Positions 45,293 to 55,498 are shown, counted from the stretch's first letter. The stretch is DNA of 57,073 nucleotides from Hydrotalea sp. (GCA_030054115.1 JASGCL010000007.1:1-57073); one strand, 5' to 3'. Made by a program: numbers and translations. Notes: generated by a model not told the origin, from the sequence alone.

Positions 45293-47662
45293 GTGGTCGC
45301 GATGAAACAAACCATCCAACCCAACACAGCTATTTTGTTGGCTATCGCGCCGGCGGTGTTTTTGGGCAGTGATACGTTGTTTGAACAGCTGGAACGGGTG
45401 GTTCTGACGCCCGATAATTTGTTCGACGCGCCGCTGGATAACCTGTTCGCGGGTGATGTGCTGGATAAATTTATAAAAAAAACCGCCGCGCCCGATAACG
45501 GCGCGCAATTTCCCTTGCCGTCTTTTTATGATTTTTTAACCCTTAGCCTATCGCACCTGCCCTACCTTGCGCCGCAACAATTGGTCGCCCTGCCGCAACG
45601 TTTTCCCTTGCCGCCAATAACCCAAGACAAAGCAACCAGCCGCAATAATAAAAAAAAATATCACCTTCTGCCCTTTCAAGAATCGCTTATCACGCGATGG
45701 TTGACGCCGCACCCGGCTGTCAACAAATTCTTAATCATCATGATGGCCGGGCTTATCATTCGCGCCTTCACCGCCATCGACCCGAAATCGATTATCGATG
45801 CCAAACCGCGCGCCGCGGTAACGCAATGGCGACGCCAAGCGATTGAACAATTGCGCCGCGTCGTCCAACAACGCATTGCCATGCCGCACCAATATTTATT
45901 GTTTGGCCGCGCCCATCAGATTTATCACTTAACCGCGCTCCACCAACAGCTCGCCCTCACCAACCTTGATAATTACGACCGTATCGAGGAATCACTCGCC
46001 GCATCGCATGGCCGGAAATTATCACCGCAGAAAATAAAAAACCTATTGCCGCATCGCTTGCCGGGCTCATTCTGGTTGCAAAAAAAACGCATCCATTATC
46101 ACCTGCTGGAATTGCAAACCCTGCCGCGCCAATTATGCCTGCCCCTGCCGTCGCCATTTTTAACCCTGGTCAATTTGGCCAGCCTGACCCATTGGTTAAT
46201 CAACGACACGGGCGAGGTGCCCGAACAAATTGTCCAAGACACCATCGACGATTGGCGGCAGGAATTATTAACTGCTATCGATGAAAAAAATCAAACGCGG
46301 CTTTATGACCATTACCCGGTGTATGGCGAGGTTTTGGAAAAAATTGACGGCCAATTAAAATCGATAAAAACCATAAAAATAAAAAAATCAAAGGCCGGTG
46401 CACCCAATTCACCACCGCGCGATAAAACGAACAATGATAAAACCATCCACCCCCTGACATTAAAGGATAACCGCTTTATTCTTTCGCTGGCCGGCGCCAA
46501 CGCCATCAAGCATAAAAAAGAAATAACCCACAACCCGCTCAACCTGATAACATATTTTCTCGGGTTTTTTACAACCCCGCCATCGCCATCATCTTATATT
46601 TTGCCGTGGCAGAAATCGGCCTTTGCCCTGCCGACCATCATAGGGGGAAAGCAAGCCTTGGCCAGCAATATCAGCAATCACTTGATGATGACGTTCGATG
46701 TTATCTTCAAAAAAAAATCCTTCATCGAATCGGGTGTTTGGCTGTCGCCCGAGCCACACAAAAAAAGATTATCAGCTCTGCTTGCCCTCCTGCCAAAAAT
46801 TGGCGCAAAAAATTGGACGAGCAATCTGGCAAAAAACATTTTGCGAAAACCCCGCCCGTCTCATTATTACATCGACAACAGCTTACAATTGGGCGGCAGT
46901 CCCCTTGCCCAACCAACGTCGCAAGCAACTGGCCAACCAACGGCTCGGCCAACGTTGCAACGAACCACCGCGTCGGCCAGCTATCTATTGCCGCGCCGCA
47001 TGACCTTGCGCAATCTTACAAATCCAATAAACCCGTTAAATCCCGGGGCATGGCGTTACATCCGCTGTCAGAAATTTTTATTACCGGCCGGCGATATGTT
47101 GTATAGCAAAAAAATTCTCAACCTGCCGCGCCGCCACGGCAACCGCACCATCAGCATCGAGCGACAACTTTTTATGCCGCGCCATAACCGCGACGCTGAC
47201 TCATCCTATGGCGGCGAAAAAAAGCCGCAGATTTATTTAAAAGCACAAGAAAAAATTATCGCCCCGGGCGGCATTGATTTTATGCTGTTGTTGCCGCTGT
47301 CGCCATCGATTAAGGCTTTCGGGCGGAGCGATTCGCTCATCCACGAATTGGAGCAACATTGGCAACGGCCGATGAAAAAAAACGACCTGCGGCCGCATGG
47401 CGGCGGCATTATCGAACCGCTCATCCCCCACGACAACCCCGATGATAATTTAAAAGATAAAATAGAATCCCTGCAGGAGGTTTTTTTGCAATCGCCCGAC
47501 AAACCGGGTGGCCGGTTGGTATCGCGCGGTGCAACATTGTCCCTGACCAAGGGGGTGTTCTTAAATGACTTTATGGAGGAACCCTGCCAGGTGATTATGC
47601 TGTCCGGCCAAACCACGCCGGGCGAGACCATCATCAATTGGGTGTTGGAATTGGTGGCGTAA
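45293..47662 (+). CDS. large hypothetical protein (789 aa; alternative ATG at 45302), no recognisable domain
   Basis: A long uninterrupted ORF with core-like base composition. It is Leu/Pro/Gln-rich, with a Lys-rich patch (IKTIKIKKSKAGAP) and a QPT-type low-complexity segment. I recognise no motifs. Confidence 0.6.
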   Translation: MVAMKQTIQPNTAILLAIAPAVFLGSDTLFEQLERVVLTPDNLFDAPLDNLFAGDVLDKFIKKTAAPDNGAQFPLPSFYDFLTLSLSHLPYLAPQQLVALPQRFPLPPITQDKATSRNNKKKYHLLPFQESLITRWLTPHPAVNKFLIIMMAGLIIRAFTAIDPKSIIDAKPRAAVTQWRRQAIEQLRRVVQQRIAMPHQYLLFGRAHQIYHLTALHQQLALTNLDNYDRIEESLAASHGRKLSPQKIKNLLPHRLPGSFWLQKKRIHYHLLELQTLPRQLCLPLPSPFLTLVNLASLTHWLINDTGEVPEQIVQDTIDDWRQELLTAIDEKNQTRLYDHYPVYGEVLEKIDGQLKSIKTIKIKKSKAGAPNSPPRDKTNNDKTIHPLTLKDNRFILSLAGANAIKHKKEITHNPLNLITYFLGFFTTPPSPSSYILPWQKSAFALPTIIGGKQALASNISNHLMMTFDVIFKKKSFIESGVWLSPEPHKKRLSALLALLPKIGAKNWTSNLAKNILRKPRPSHYYIDNSLQLGGSPLAQPTSQATGQPTARPTLQRTTASASYLLPRRMTLRNLTNPINPLNPGAWRYIRCQKFLLPAGDMLYSKKILNLPRRHGNRTISIERQLFMPRHNRDADSSYGGEKKPQIYLKAQEKIIAPGGIDFMLLLPLSPSIKAFGRSDSLIHELEQHWQRPMKKNDLRPHGGGIIEPLIPHDNPDDNLKDKIESLQEVFLQSPDKPGGRLVSRGATLSLTKGVFLNDFMEEPCQVIMLSGQTTPGETIINWVLELVA

Positions 47663-47670
47663 AATAATTT
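47658..47670. repeat. left copy of the 13-bp direct repeat CGTAAAATAATTT flanking island B
   Basis: An identical 13-mer occurs at 48764..48776. The left copy contains the stop codon of the 789-aa ORF. Confidence 0.7.
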
Positions 47671-48083
47671 TAGAAAATGATTCCTTGTTTTTGGTAAGTT
47701 AATTTTATAGCTGTTCTATGCGCAGGTATTATGTTTTGATGTGCAGGATTTTGTATTTTCTTATGTATATTAATTAAAATATTATTATCTTTAATTTGAC
47801 CTTTTTTTTCCCATAGCTTGATTTTATCAATATCAGAAACAAAAATTTGTTTAGAATTTACACAACAACGTTCCGCAAAACCAAAATCGCCTTGATTAAA
47901 TAATATACATTCTGGTTCAAAGTGTTGATGCTTATCGACTTGGGTTGTAGTGGTTATCAACAACCCTTTGTTAAATTTTTCTAAAATGCCAACAAAAATA
48001 AACCATCGAGCATATCCGCTGGACGGTGGCGAAACCAAGCGCATATCCAGCTCGCTAGGCTTTATAATTTCACCAACGAGCAT
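47670..48083 (-). CDS. unassigned 137-aa protein, candidate toxin partner of the Panacea-domain gene (possibly a MazF/PemK-like fold)
   Basis: Its ATG overlaps the upstream stop as TAATG, and the DNA is AT-rich. A by-eye alignment to the PemK/MazF pattern is possible (GEII..., hydrophobic strand, LLITTTTQ compared with the ITS motif, CVNSKQIFVSDIDKI, KGQI). This is an unverified inference. Confidence 0.45.
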   Translation of the reverse strand: MLVGEIIKPSELDMRLVSPPSSGYARWFIFVGILEKFNKGLLITTTTQVDKHQHFEPECILFNQGDFGFAERCCVNSKQIFVSDIDKIKLWEKKGQIKDNNILINIHKKIQNPAHQNIIPAHRTAIKLTYQKQGIIF

Positions 48084-48616
48084 TATCTTGTTTCTAAATA
48101 AGCGTAATAATTCTCTGGAACATCCTTTTCAAACTCATCAATATATTTCATTTGAGCGCGCTTCACCGCCGCACCTCGATTTTTCCATGCTTTAGACCAT
48201 GCTTTAATTTCTTCGTGAGCTACTTCTATGTAGCTTTCGGTAGCTTTCTTTTGAAGCAAGAACAGCCAGTTATCAATAATTTTTTGCTGGCTTTTTGAAA
48301 TATAATCCATGTCAGGCTCGCCTATATTTTCTATCAATTTTGAATCTTTATAACCGCTAATAACTTTATATTGATTTGTTCCATTATTAACTTTTATTTC
48401 ATCATATAAAGACGATGGAACGGGGCCATTTTGCAGGGCATAATAATCGCCAATATCAAGCGCAGGAACGCCAACCTCTCTAAGATGTTGAAAATCATAA
48501 AGAGCTAATAATTTATATAATTTCATTGAAGTAATATGCTCGTTATGTTGAGCCTTATACTCTTTTGCAATATAACAAATTATATTATTAAGGATAAATC
48601 TTTTATATTCGTTCAT
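48083..48616 (-). CDS. Panacea (DUF4065, SocA/GepA-like) domain protein, candidate antitoxin
   Basis: ITSMKLYKLLALYDFQHLREVGVPALDIGDYYALQNGPVPSSLYDEI fits the DUF4065 core pattern (KLqKLLY...w.hGPV.p.vY). It is the first gene of a two-gene overlapping pair. Confidence 0.6.
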   Translation of the reverse strand: MNEYKRFILNNIICYIAKEYKAQHNEHITSMKLYKLLALYDFQHLREVGVPALDIGDYYALQNGPVPSSLYDEIKVNNGTNQYKVISGYKDSKLIENIGEPDMDYISKSQQKIIDNWLFLLQKKATESYIEVAHEEIKAWSKAWKNRGAAVKRAQMKYIDEFEKDVPENYYAYLETR

Positions 48617-48644
48617 TTTTTTGTTCTATATAATAGTTAAATAT

Positions 48645-48659
48645 AGATATATTATATCT
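48645..48659. promoter_or_regulatory. perfect 15-bp palindrome AGATATATTATATCT upstream of the Panacea-domain gene (candidate operator)
   Basis: It lies 29-43 nt upstream of the start at 48616. On the minus strand it contains TATAAT. Confidence 0.3.
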
Positions 48660-48763
48660 TTTTATAGACAAATTCGTCTAAAAAAACAATAAAAATCCGA
48701 AAAAACACAATTTTTGTTAATAGCTGTATATTTTATATTATGACAGCCAGCAATTTTTTCATT

Positions 48764-48776
48764 CGTAAAATAATTT
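48764..48776. repeat. right copy of the 13-bp direct repeat CGTAAAATAATTT flanking island B
   Basis: Identical to 47658..47670. It overlaps the cysE stop codon (48775..48777). Confidence 0.7.
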
Positions 48777-49488
48777 ATTTTATTTTGCCTTCTAACTCGG
48801 CGATGCGTTTTTGCAATAGTTTTATTTCTTGCAACAATGGGTCGGCGCCGGCCGCGGTTGTGCTCGGCGTGCCATAGGCGGAGAAGGAATCTTTCTGCGC
48901 CCCTTTATCCGATAATTTTTCCACCACCTTGGCCGGAATGCCCACCACCGTGGTATATGGCGGCACGTCGCGCACCACCACCGCGTTGGCACCAACCCGC
49001 GCGCCCTGGCCCACCGTAATTGGCCCCAAAATCTGCGCCCCCGAACCGACGATAACATTATCGCCCAGCGTCGGGTGGCGTTTTTGGTTGCGTTGGGTTT
49101 CGGCATTAACCGACGGTGATACCCCGCCGAGTGTAACATCGTGATACAAGGTTACATCATCGCCAATTATCGCGGTTTCACCAATCACCACCCCCATGCC
49201 GTGGTCGATAAAAAACCTTTTGCCAATTTTTGCCGCCGGGTGGATTTCAATCCCACTCCAAATACGGACAAACAGCACAATTAATTTTGGCAAAAATTTT
49301 AAATGGCAACGCCACAACAGGTGGTTCAAGCGGTGCATCTTCACCGCATGGTAATTGTGGAACAGCAAGATAACCTCCAACCGGCCGCGCGCCGCCGGGT
49401 CGCGGGCGATAATACTATCGACCTCTTGGAACAGCCACCAAAGAAATTTTTTACGCGGTTTTTTTTCTGCGCTACGTGATTTTTTCAT
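48775..49488 (-). CDS. cysE: serine O-acetyltransferase
   Basis: Hexapeptide-repeat core IEIHPAAKIGKRFFIDHGMGVVIGETAIIGDDVTLYHDVTLGG. Confidence 0.9.
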   Translation of the reverse strand: MKKSRSAEKKPRKKFLWWLFQEVDSIIARDPAARGRLEVILLFHNYHAVKMHRLNHLLWRCHLKFLPKLIVLFVRIWSGIEIHPAAKIGKRFFIDHGMGVVIGETAIIGDDVTLYHDVTLGGVSPSVNAETQRNQKRHPTLGDNVIVGSGAQILGPITVGQGARVGANAVVVRDVPPYTTVVGIPAKVVEKLSDKGAQKDSFSAYGTPSTTAAGADPLLQEIKLLQKRIAELEGKIK

Positions 49489-49707
49489 CGCCGCACCATC
49501 CTTTTATATTATTGATTTCGTTACAAATCCTCGATTCATCCTGTAGCTTTATTACCGATTGAAAGCAATAGTAACAATCGCCTGCGATTCTCAACGCCTT
49601 ATGGTTGATTAAGCCGTAAATGCCAAAAGCTATAAAAAACCTTGCCAAAAAAATATGGCTATTCTATAACAAAAATCTGTAACGCAAGGAAGAAAGGTTA
49701 TCCCACC

Positions 49708-50445
49708 ATGTTAGAAGTTGTGATTTATGGGCCGGAGGGCCGATTGGAAGGTCGCTATATGCCGGGTTTGAAACTTGACTCGCCCTGCGCCGTGTTGTTT
49801 CACCCCAACCCCGAACAGGGCGGCACCATGAACAACAAGGTTATTTTTAACCTTTTCCATTGTTTTGTTAAGCAAGGCTTCCATGTGTTGCGTTTTAATT
49901 TTCGTGGTGTCGGCAAGTCCGAGGGCACCTTTGCCAAGGGCGAGGGCGAATTGACCGACGCCGCCGCGGTGCTGGATTGGATGCAACAGCACCACACCCA
50001 AAGTCGCCGTTTTTGGATAGCCGGTTTTTCGTTTGGCGCGTGGATCGCGCTCCAGCTTTTGATGCGCCGCCCCGAAATTTTTCGTTTTATCGCGGTCGCG
50101 CCACCGGTCAATCTTTATGATTTTTCGTTCCTTGCCCCCTGCCCGACCTCGGGTTTAATTTTGCAGGGCTCGGCCGATAGCATCGTCCCCTACCAAGACC
50201 AAGAAAAACTGGTCAGCAAATTACAAAGCCAAAAGGGTATCAACATTCAATATGAATTGGTGAAACGCGCCGACCATTTTTTCAGCAACAACATGGCGGC
50301 CTTGCAACGCCTCAGCAACCAATATATCGCCCAAGAAAACGCCATCGAGGAGGTTTTTGCCCCACCGCCCGATGTGATGGATAACGAGGACGATTATTAC
50401 GAACAACTCCATAAAGAAACCAGCGATAATGACGATGACGATTAA
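49708..50445 (+). CDS. alpha/beta hydrolase (COG2945-like)
   Basis: GPEGRLEGRY...FHPNPEQGGTMNNKV...RFNFRGVGKSEG and the nucleophile elbow GFSFGA are present. An acidic C-terminal tail follows. I set the start at ATG 49708, with AAGGAAGAAAGG upstream. Confidence 0.75.
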   Translation: MLEVVIYGPEGRLEGRYMPGLKLDSPCAVLFHPNPEQGGTMNNKVIFNLFHCFVKQGFHVLRFNFRGVGKSEGTFAKGEGELTDAAAVLDWMQQHHTQSRRFWIAGFSFGAWIALQLLMRRPEIFRFIAVAPPVNLYDFSFLAPCPTSGLILQGSADSIVPYQDQEKLVSKLQSQKGINIQYELVKRADHFFSNNMAALQRLSNQYIAQENAIEEVFAPPPDVMDNEDDYYEQLHKETSDNDDDD

Positions 50446-50603
50446 TATTGTCAGGCTTTCTACGGCGTCGCTATCCCCCTCCCCTGGCATGTTAACAACC
50501 ATGCGCATCGGCCATTACCAACCAGCCAAACATTATAACCAACTGACCTAGTGCAAAAAAAGCGCGCGGTTGTGTTTTGGCAAGAATCGCCGTAAACACC
50601 GCG

Positions 50604-53462
50604 ATGGATAAAAAATATAACATGAGCAAAAAAGAAAACGACAGCAACAAAGGCAAAACTGCCGACGGCAAGGATATTATCCCCTCGGTCGGCATGGGCG
50701 GCGGCATGGTGCAGGGGATTTCGCCCATCGCCCTGGGCGATGAAATGAAAAAAAGCTACATGGAATATGCTATGAGCGTGATTGTCGCCCGCGCCCTGCC
50801 CGATGTGCGCGATGGTTTAAAACCGGTGCACCGCCGTATTCTTTACGCCATGAATGAAAATGGTTACGATTGGTCAAAACCATTTCGCAAATCGGCGCGT
50901 ATCGTGGGGGAGGTCATGGGTAAATACCACCCGCACGGCGACCAATCGATTTATGATTCGATGGTGCGCATGGCGCAGGATTTCTCACTCCGCCTGCCGC
51001 TTATCGCCGGCCAGGGGAACTTCGGCTCGCTCGATGGTGACCCACCGGCGGCGATGCGCTATACCGAGGCACGGCTCGCCAAGTCGGCCGAAACATTGCT
51101 GACCGATATCGACAGCGACACGGTCGATTTCGGCACCAATTACGACGATTCAATGCCCGAACCGTTTGTTTTGCCGGCGCGGATTCCGAACCTGCTGGCC
51201 AATGGCGCGTCGGGCATCGCGGTGGGCATGGCGACCAATATCCCGCCGCATAATTTGGGCGAGCTGTTGCGTGCCCTTATCGCGCTGGTCAATAATCCGC
51301 AACTTTCTGACGATGAAATTAAAAAAATTGTCCCGGGCCCCGATTTCCCAACCGGCGGTTTGATTATGGGGCGCGAGGGCATCGACCAATCATTTGCCAC
51401 CGGTCGCGGTTCGATTAAAATGCGCGGCCGCGCCACGATTGAAACATTCGGCAAGGACCGCGAGATGATTGTCATCACCGAGGTGCCATACCAAGTCAAC
51501 AAGGCAACGATGATAGAAAAAATGGCCGAGCTGGTGCAGAATAAGGTCATCGAAGGGGTCAGCGACATCCGCGATGAATCTGACCGCACTGGCGTGCGCG
51601 TCGTATTGGAAATTAGAAAGGACGCCACGGCGCAGGTCATATTGCAACAGCTGTATAAATTTTCGCCGCTCGAAACCAGTTTTGGCGTCAACATGTTATC
51701 GCTGAACAATGGCCTGCCCGAAATGTTGCCAGTGCCGCGCGTCCTGCATCGGTTTGTCGAATTCCGTGATGAGGTTATCCAACGGCGTAGCCGGTTTTTG
51801 CTGGGCAAGGCGCGGGCGCGGGCGCATATCGTTGCCGGCCTTATCATCGCCACCGACAATATCGATGAAATGATTGCGATGATAAAATCATCGAAGGACG
51901 CCGAGGAAGCGCGGGTAAAAATGACAACCAAGCAATGGTCGGCCGACGCCGTGGTGCCATTTTTAAAATTGATAGACAAGGCCGATAAGAACCTCGCCGG
52001 CACAAAATACAAATTGAGCGACGAGCAGGCGCGCGCTATTCTTGACCTGCGCCTGCAACGCCTCACCGCGCTGGAAAAAGACAAATTGGGCAACGAGATG
52101 AAGGAATTGTCGGATAACATCAACGCCTATGAAAAACTATTGGCCGATGAAGCCGCGCGCCGTGCCGTAATGGTCAAGGAGTTTGAAGAATCGCTGGCGG
52201 CCTTCGCCACGCCGCGCCGCACCGCCATCGTCGCCAAGCAAGAGGATGTGGAAATAACCGACCTGATTGAGAAGGAAGACATGATGGTCAGCGTTACCTA
52301 CGGCGGTTACATCAAGCGCGTGCCGCTCGATTCCTATCGCACGCAAAAACGCGGCGGCAAGGGCAAAATGGGCATGACGACTAAGGAAGATGATTTCGTG
52401 TGGAAGGTTTTTGTCGCCGACACCCACACCGACATGCTGTTTTTTTCGTCGAGCGGTCGGTGCTACAAATTAAAAGTCTACGAAATCCCCGAGAGTTCGA
52501 TGGCCAGCAAGGGCAAGTCCTTGGTCAATATCTTGCCGTTGGCGGCGCGCGAACGCATCACCACGGTGCTCGCCCTGCCAACCGACAGCAAGGATTGGGA
52601 AGATAAATTCATGGTGTTTGCCACGGCGTCGGGTTATGCGCGGCGCAACCTGCTGTCGGATTTTGCCGACGAGCGCAAGGCCGGCAAGGTCGCAATGAAA
52701 TTGGACGACGGCGATAGTTTGGTTGGCGTGTTGATAGCCTCGGCCGAGCAAGATATTTTCCTCGCCACCGAACAATCATCGGCCATTCGCTTCCCGATTT
52801 CGCGGCAGAGCGAAGACGGCGATGAAAAGGGCGTGCGGGTTTTTTCTGGCCGTGCGTCCAACGGCGTAACGGCTATCAAATTAGCAAGCGGCGACCGCGT
52901 GGTGGCGATGGATATTATGAATCGCGGCGAAGAAGATTCCGAAAAACGCGATGGTTACTTGGCGGTTGCCAATGCCAAGGCGCGATTAAAGGACAAGGAT
53001 TACGCCGCGTCTGGGTCGGAGGATGCAACCCGCGACAAGGCCAAGGTGGCAGAATTCGATAAAACATTATTCAGCAAAATGGCGGCCGAGGAACAATTTG
53101 TCCTGACCATCAACGAGGCGGGGTTTGGCCAATTATGTTCGTCATATGATTACCGCACCACCAACCGCGGCGGCAAGGGTATCAGCAACATGGATAGCGG
53201 CAGTAAAATTATCGACGCCTTCCTTATCAGCCCGAAAGATGACGAGGTGATGATTGTTACCGACGGCGGGCAAACCATCCGTATCCACACCAAATCAATC
53301 CGCCGCGTGTCGCGCAACGCCAAGGGCGTGAAATTAGCTAGCCTGGACAGCGAACAAAAAATTGCCTCGGTCGCCCATATTAGTTATATTGGCGAAGAAG
53401 AAATTGAAAACGACAGCGACGATAAGGGCGACAACCAACCCAGCGCGAAGCCAACCGAATAA
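50604..53462 (+). CDS. gyrA: DNA gyrase subunit A
   Basis: [37 protein letters not shown] and the active-site [10 protein letters not shown] are present, followed by C-terminal beta-pinwheel repeats. The start is uncertain (TTG 50577, ATG 50604 or ATG 50622). Confidence 0.93.
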   Translation: MDKKYNMSKKENDSNKGKTADGKDIIPSVGMGGGMVQGISPIALGDEMKKSYMEYAMSVIVARALPDVRDGLKPVHRRILYAMNENGYDWSKPFRKSARIVGEVMGKYHPHGDQSIYDSMVRMAQDFSLRLPLIAGQGNFGSLDGDPPAAMRYTEARLAKSAETLLTDIDSDTVDFGTNYDDSMPEPFVLPARIPNLLANGASGIAVGMATNIPPHNLGELLRALIALVNNPQLSDDEIKKIVPGPDFPTGGLIMGREGIDQSFATGRGSIKMRGRATIETFGKDREMIVITEVPYQVNKATMIEKMAELVQNKVIEGVSDIRDESDRTGVRVVLEIRKDATAQVILQQLYKFSPLETSFGVNMLSLNNGLPEMLPVPRVLHRFVEFRDEVIQRRSRFLLGKARARAHIVAGLIIATDNIDEMIAMIKSSKDAEEARVKMTTKQWSADAVVPFLKLIDKADKNLAGTKYKLSDEQARAILDLRLQRLTALEKDKLGNEMKELSDNINAYEKLLADEAARRAVMVKEFEESLAAFATPRRTAIVAKQEDVEITDLIEKEDMMVSVTYGGYIKRVPLDSYRTQKRGGKGKMGMTTKEDDFVWKVFVADTHTDMLFFSSSGRCYKLKVYEIPESSMASKGKSLVNILPLAARERITTVLALPTDSKDWEDKFMVFATASGYARRNLLSDFADERKAGKVAMKLDDGDSLVGVLIASAEQDIFLATEQSSAIRFPISRQSEDGDEKGVRVFSGRASNGVTAIKLASGDRVVAMDIMNRGEEDSEKRDGYLAVANAKARLKDKDYAASGSEDATRDKAKVAEFDKTLFSKMAAEEQFVLTINEAGFGQLCSSYDYRTTNRGGKGISNMDSGSKIIDAFLISPKDDEVMIVTDGGQTIRIHTKSIRRVSRNAKGVKLASLDSEQKIASVAHISYIGEEEIENDSDDKGDNQPSAKPTE

Positions 53463-53479
53463 ACCAAGCCAACAGCAAG

Positions 53480-53974
53480 ATGAAAAAAGCGGTTTACCCC
53501 GGGACGTTCGACCCCATCACCCTGGGGCATCTGAATGTTTTGTCGCGCGCCACCAACCTGTGCGACAATTTAATCGTCGGCGTCGCCGGCCACAGCGGTA
53601 AGGCCACGATGTTTTCATTGGCCGAACGGGTGGCAATGGTCGAGGCATCGTTAAAAAAATTAGACCCAGCGGTGGTAAAAAAAATAACCGTGCAACCGGT
53701 CGATGGGTTGTTGATAGATTTCATGAAACGCGAGGGTGCCGGCGTTATTATTCGCGGCCTGCGCGCCATCAGCGATTTTGAATATGAATTTCAATTGGCC
53801 GAAATGAACGCGCGGTTGGATAAAAACATCGAAACCATTTTTTTAATGGCGGGCGAGGGCCACCATTTTATTTCATCGCAATTGGTCAAACAGGTTGCAT
53901 CCTTGGGCGGCAATATTGCGCCATTCGTCGGCCAAACCATCGCCGACATGATTAAGAAAAAGTTGCAGAAGTAG
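53480..53974 (+). CDS. coaD: phosphopantetheine adenylyltransferase
   Basis: AVYPGTFDPITLGH and RGLRAISDFEYEFQ are present. Confidence 0.92.
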   Translation: MKKAVYPGTFDPITLGHLNVLSRATNLCDNLIVGVAGHSGKATMFSLAERVAMVEASLKKLDPAVVKKITVQPVDGLLIDFMKREGAGVIIRGLRAISDFEYEFQLAEMNARLDKNIETIFLMAGEGHHFISSQLVKQVASLGGNIAPFVGQTIADMIKKKLQK

Positions 53975-53983
53975 TTTTTAAAA

Positions 53984-54397
53984 ATGAAAAAAATAATACA
54001 AAAAATAATAATTAATGCGCCATGCAACAACGTATGGCAAGCCGTGGTGGTAAAATCAAATTATAACAAATGGGCAAGTGCTTTTAAAGAGGGGAGCAGT
54101 TTTGAGGGGGATTTTGTTAAAGGCGCGACTATAAAATTTTTTTCTGAGCAAGATAACAACAACGAACCGAGTTATGCGCTAAAAAGCACCATCGCCGAAT
54201 GCAAGCCCAATGAATTTATTTCTATCCGCCATGACGAATGGGCGGGCGCGTATGAAAACTATAGTTTCAAAAAAATTACCGACCAGCAAACCGAATTCAT
54301 GCTTGAGCTGGATTGTTTGGAAGATTATTACGACATGATGAATAAAATGTGGGGCGAGGCCTTGCTAAAATTAAAATCAGTCGCCGAGGGTTTGTAA
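53984..54397 (+). CDS. SRPBCC (AHSA1/START-like) family protein
   Basis: The size and the N-terminal IIINAPCNNVWQAVV pattern are typical of SRPBCC proteins. Confidence 0.6.
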   Translation: MKKIIQKIIINAPCNNVWQAVVVKSNYNKWASAFKEGSSFEGDFVKGATIKFFSEQDNNNEPSYALKSTIAECKPNEFISIRHDEWAGAYENYSFKKITDQQTEFMLELDCLEDYYDMMNKMWGEALLKLKSVAEGL

Positions 54398-54400
54398 TCC

Positions 54401-55471
54401 TCAATTATTTTTTATAATCGTTGTTATTGTATCGGCAAAGCCCAACAGGTCGAACAACTCCATCATGTCGGGCGGTGGGGATTTTAAAAAATGCAATTCC
54501 TTGCCACCGCGCGGGTGGGTGAAACCCAATTCAAAGGCATGTAAACATTGGCGCGGAAAGCCCATCAACCCCATCGCCGTTGCGCCGGTGGTTTGTTTGC
54601 TGGGTTGCCGCGCCCGCCCGCCATATATCGCGTCGCCGACCAGCGGGTGTTTCAGGTAAGCCATGTGCGCGCGAATTTGGTGGGTGCGTCCGGTCATCAA
54701 CCGGCATTCCAATAATGAAACATCGTCGTCCTGCGCTAAAATCCTGTAGTGGGTTTCGGCAACGCGGCCGCCCTTTTCCACCGGCACAATTGTCATCTGC
54801 AATCGATTATTTTTATTGCGCCCCAGCGGTTGGTTGACAATGCCGATGTTGCCCGCCGTCGCCGGCAATGCCACCCGCCCCCAGGCCAGGGCGATGTAAC
54901 GCCGCCGAATATTCCGCGCCGTGAAATCGCGCGTTAATGATTGGTGCGCCATGTCGTTTTTGGCAATCACCATCAGGCCAGATGTGTCCTTATCCAACCG
55001 GTGCACAATGCCCGGGCGCATGACGCCGTTGATGCCAGACAGGTGTTTGCCGCAATGGTGGAGCAAGCCATGCACCAGCGTGCCGGTCCAATTGCCGATG
55101 CTGGGGTGCACGGTCAGGCCGGCCGGTTTGTTCAACACCAAAATATCTTTGTCTTCAAAAATAATATCGAAATCCATTGCCTCGGGCGTTAAATCCAATT
55201 GGCGCGGCGGCGGCACCACCAGGGTGATTCTATCGCCGGCCTTAATTTTTTGGTCGGGGTCGCGCGCCGGCGCGTCGTTCAACAATGTCGCGCCGTTTTT
55301 AATCCACCCTTGAATCTGGTTGCGGCTGACGCCGGCCATGTCGGGGTCGGTCACGGCCACGCCGACCAAAAACTTATCGAGCCGTTTTTGGCTGGGCGGC
55401 AATTTTTCCACCACGTAGTTTTTGGTAACGGCAACCTTGCTGGCGGCATTGTCTGGTTTGGTATCGGGCAT
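54401..55471 (-). CDS. rluD: RluA family 23S rRNA pseudouridine synthase (RluD-like)
   Basis: S4 domain (RLDKFLV) plus the catalytic HRLDKDTSGLMVIAKN and GRTHQIRAHMA. Confidence 0.88.
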   Translation of the reverse strand: MPDTKPDNAASKVAVTKNYVVEKLPPSQKRLDKFLVGVAVTDPDMAGVSRNQIQGWIKNGATLLNDAPARDPDQKIKAGDRITLVVPPPRQLDLTPEAMDFDIIFEDKDILVLNKPAGLTVHPSIGNWTGTLVHGLLHHCGKHLSGINGVMRPGIVHRLDKDTSGLMVIAKNDMAHQSLTRDFTARNIRRRYIALAWGRVALPATAGNIGIVNQPLGRNKNNRLQMTIVPVEKGGRVAETHYRILAQDDDVSLLECRLMTGRTHQIRAHMAYLKHPLVGDAIYGGRARQPSKQTTGATAMGLMGFPRQCLHAFELGFTHPRGGKELHFLKSPPPDMMELFDLLGFADTITTIIKNN

Positions 55472-55498
55472 GAAACCCTTATAGCATAGTTGCTATTT

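Noticed and set aside
51140-52123. 327-aa ORF on the minus strand
   Set aside because: It lies entirely antisense to the highly conserved gyrA and has a Ser/Arg-rich composition with no motifs. It is a typical shadow ORF.
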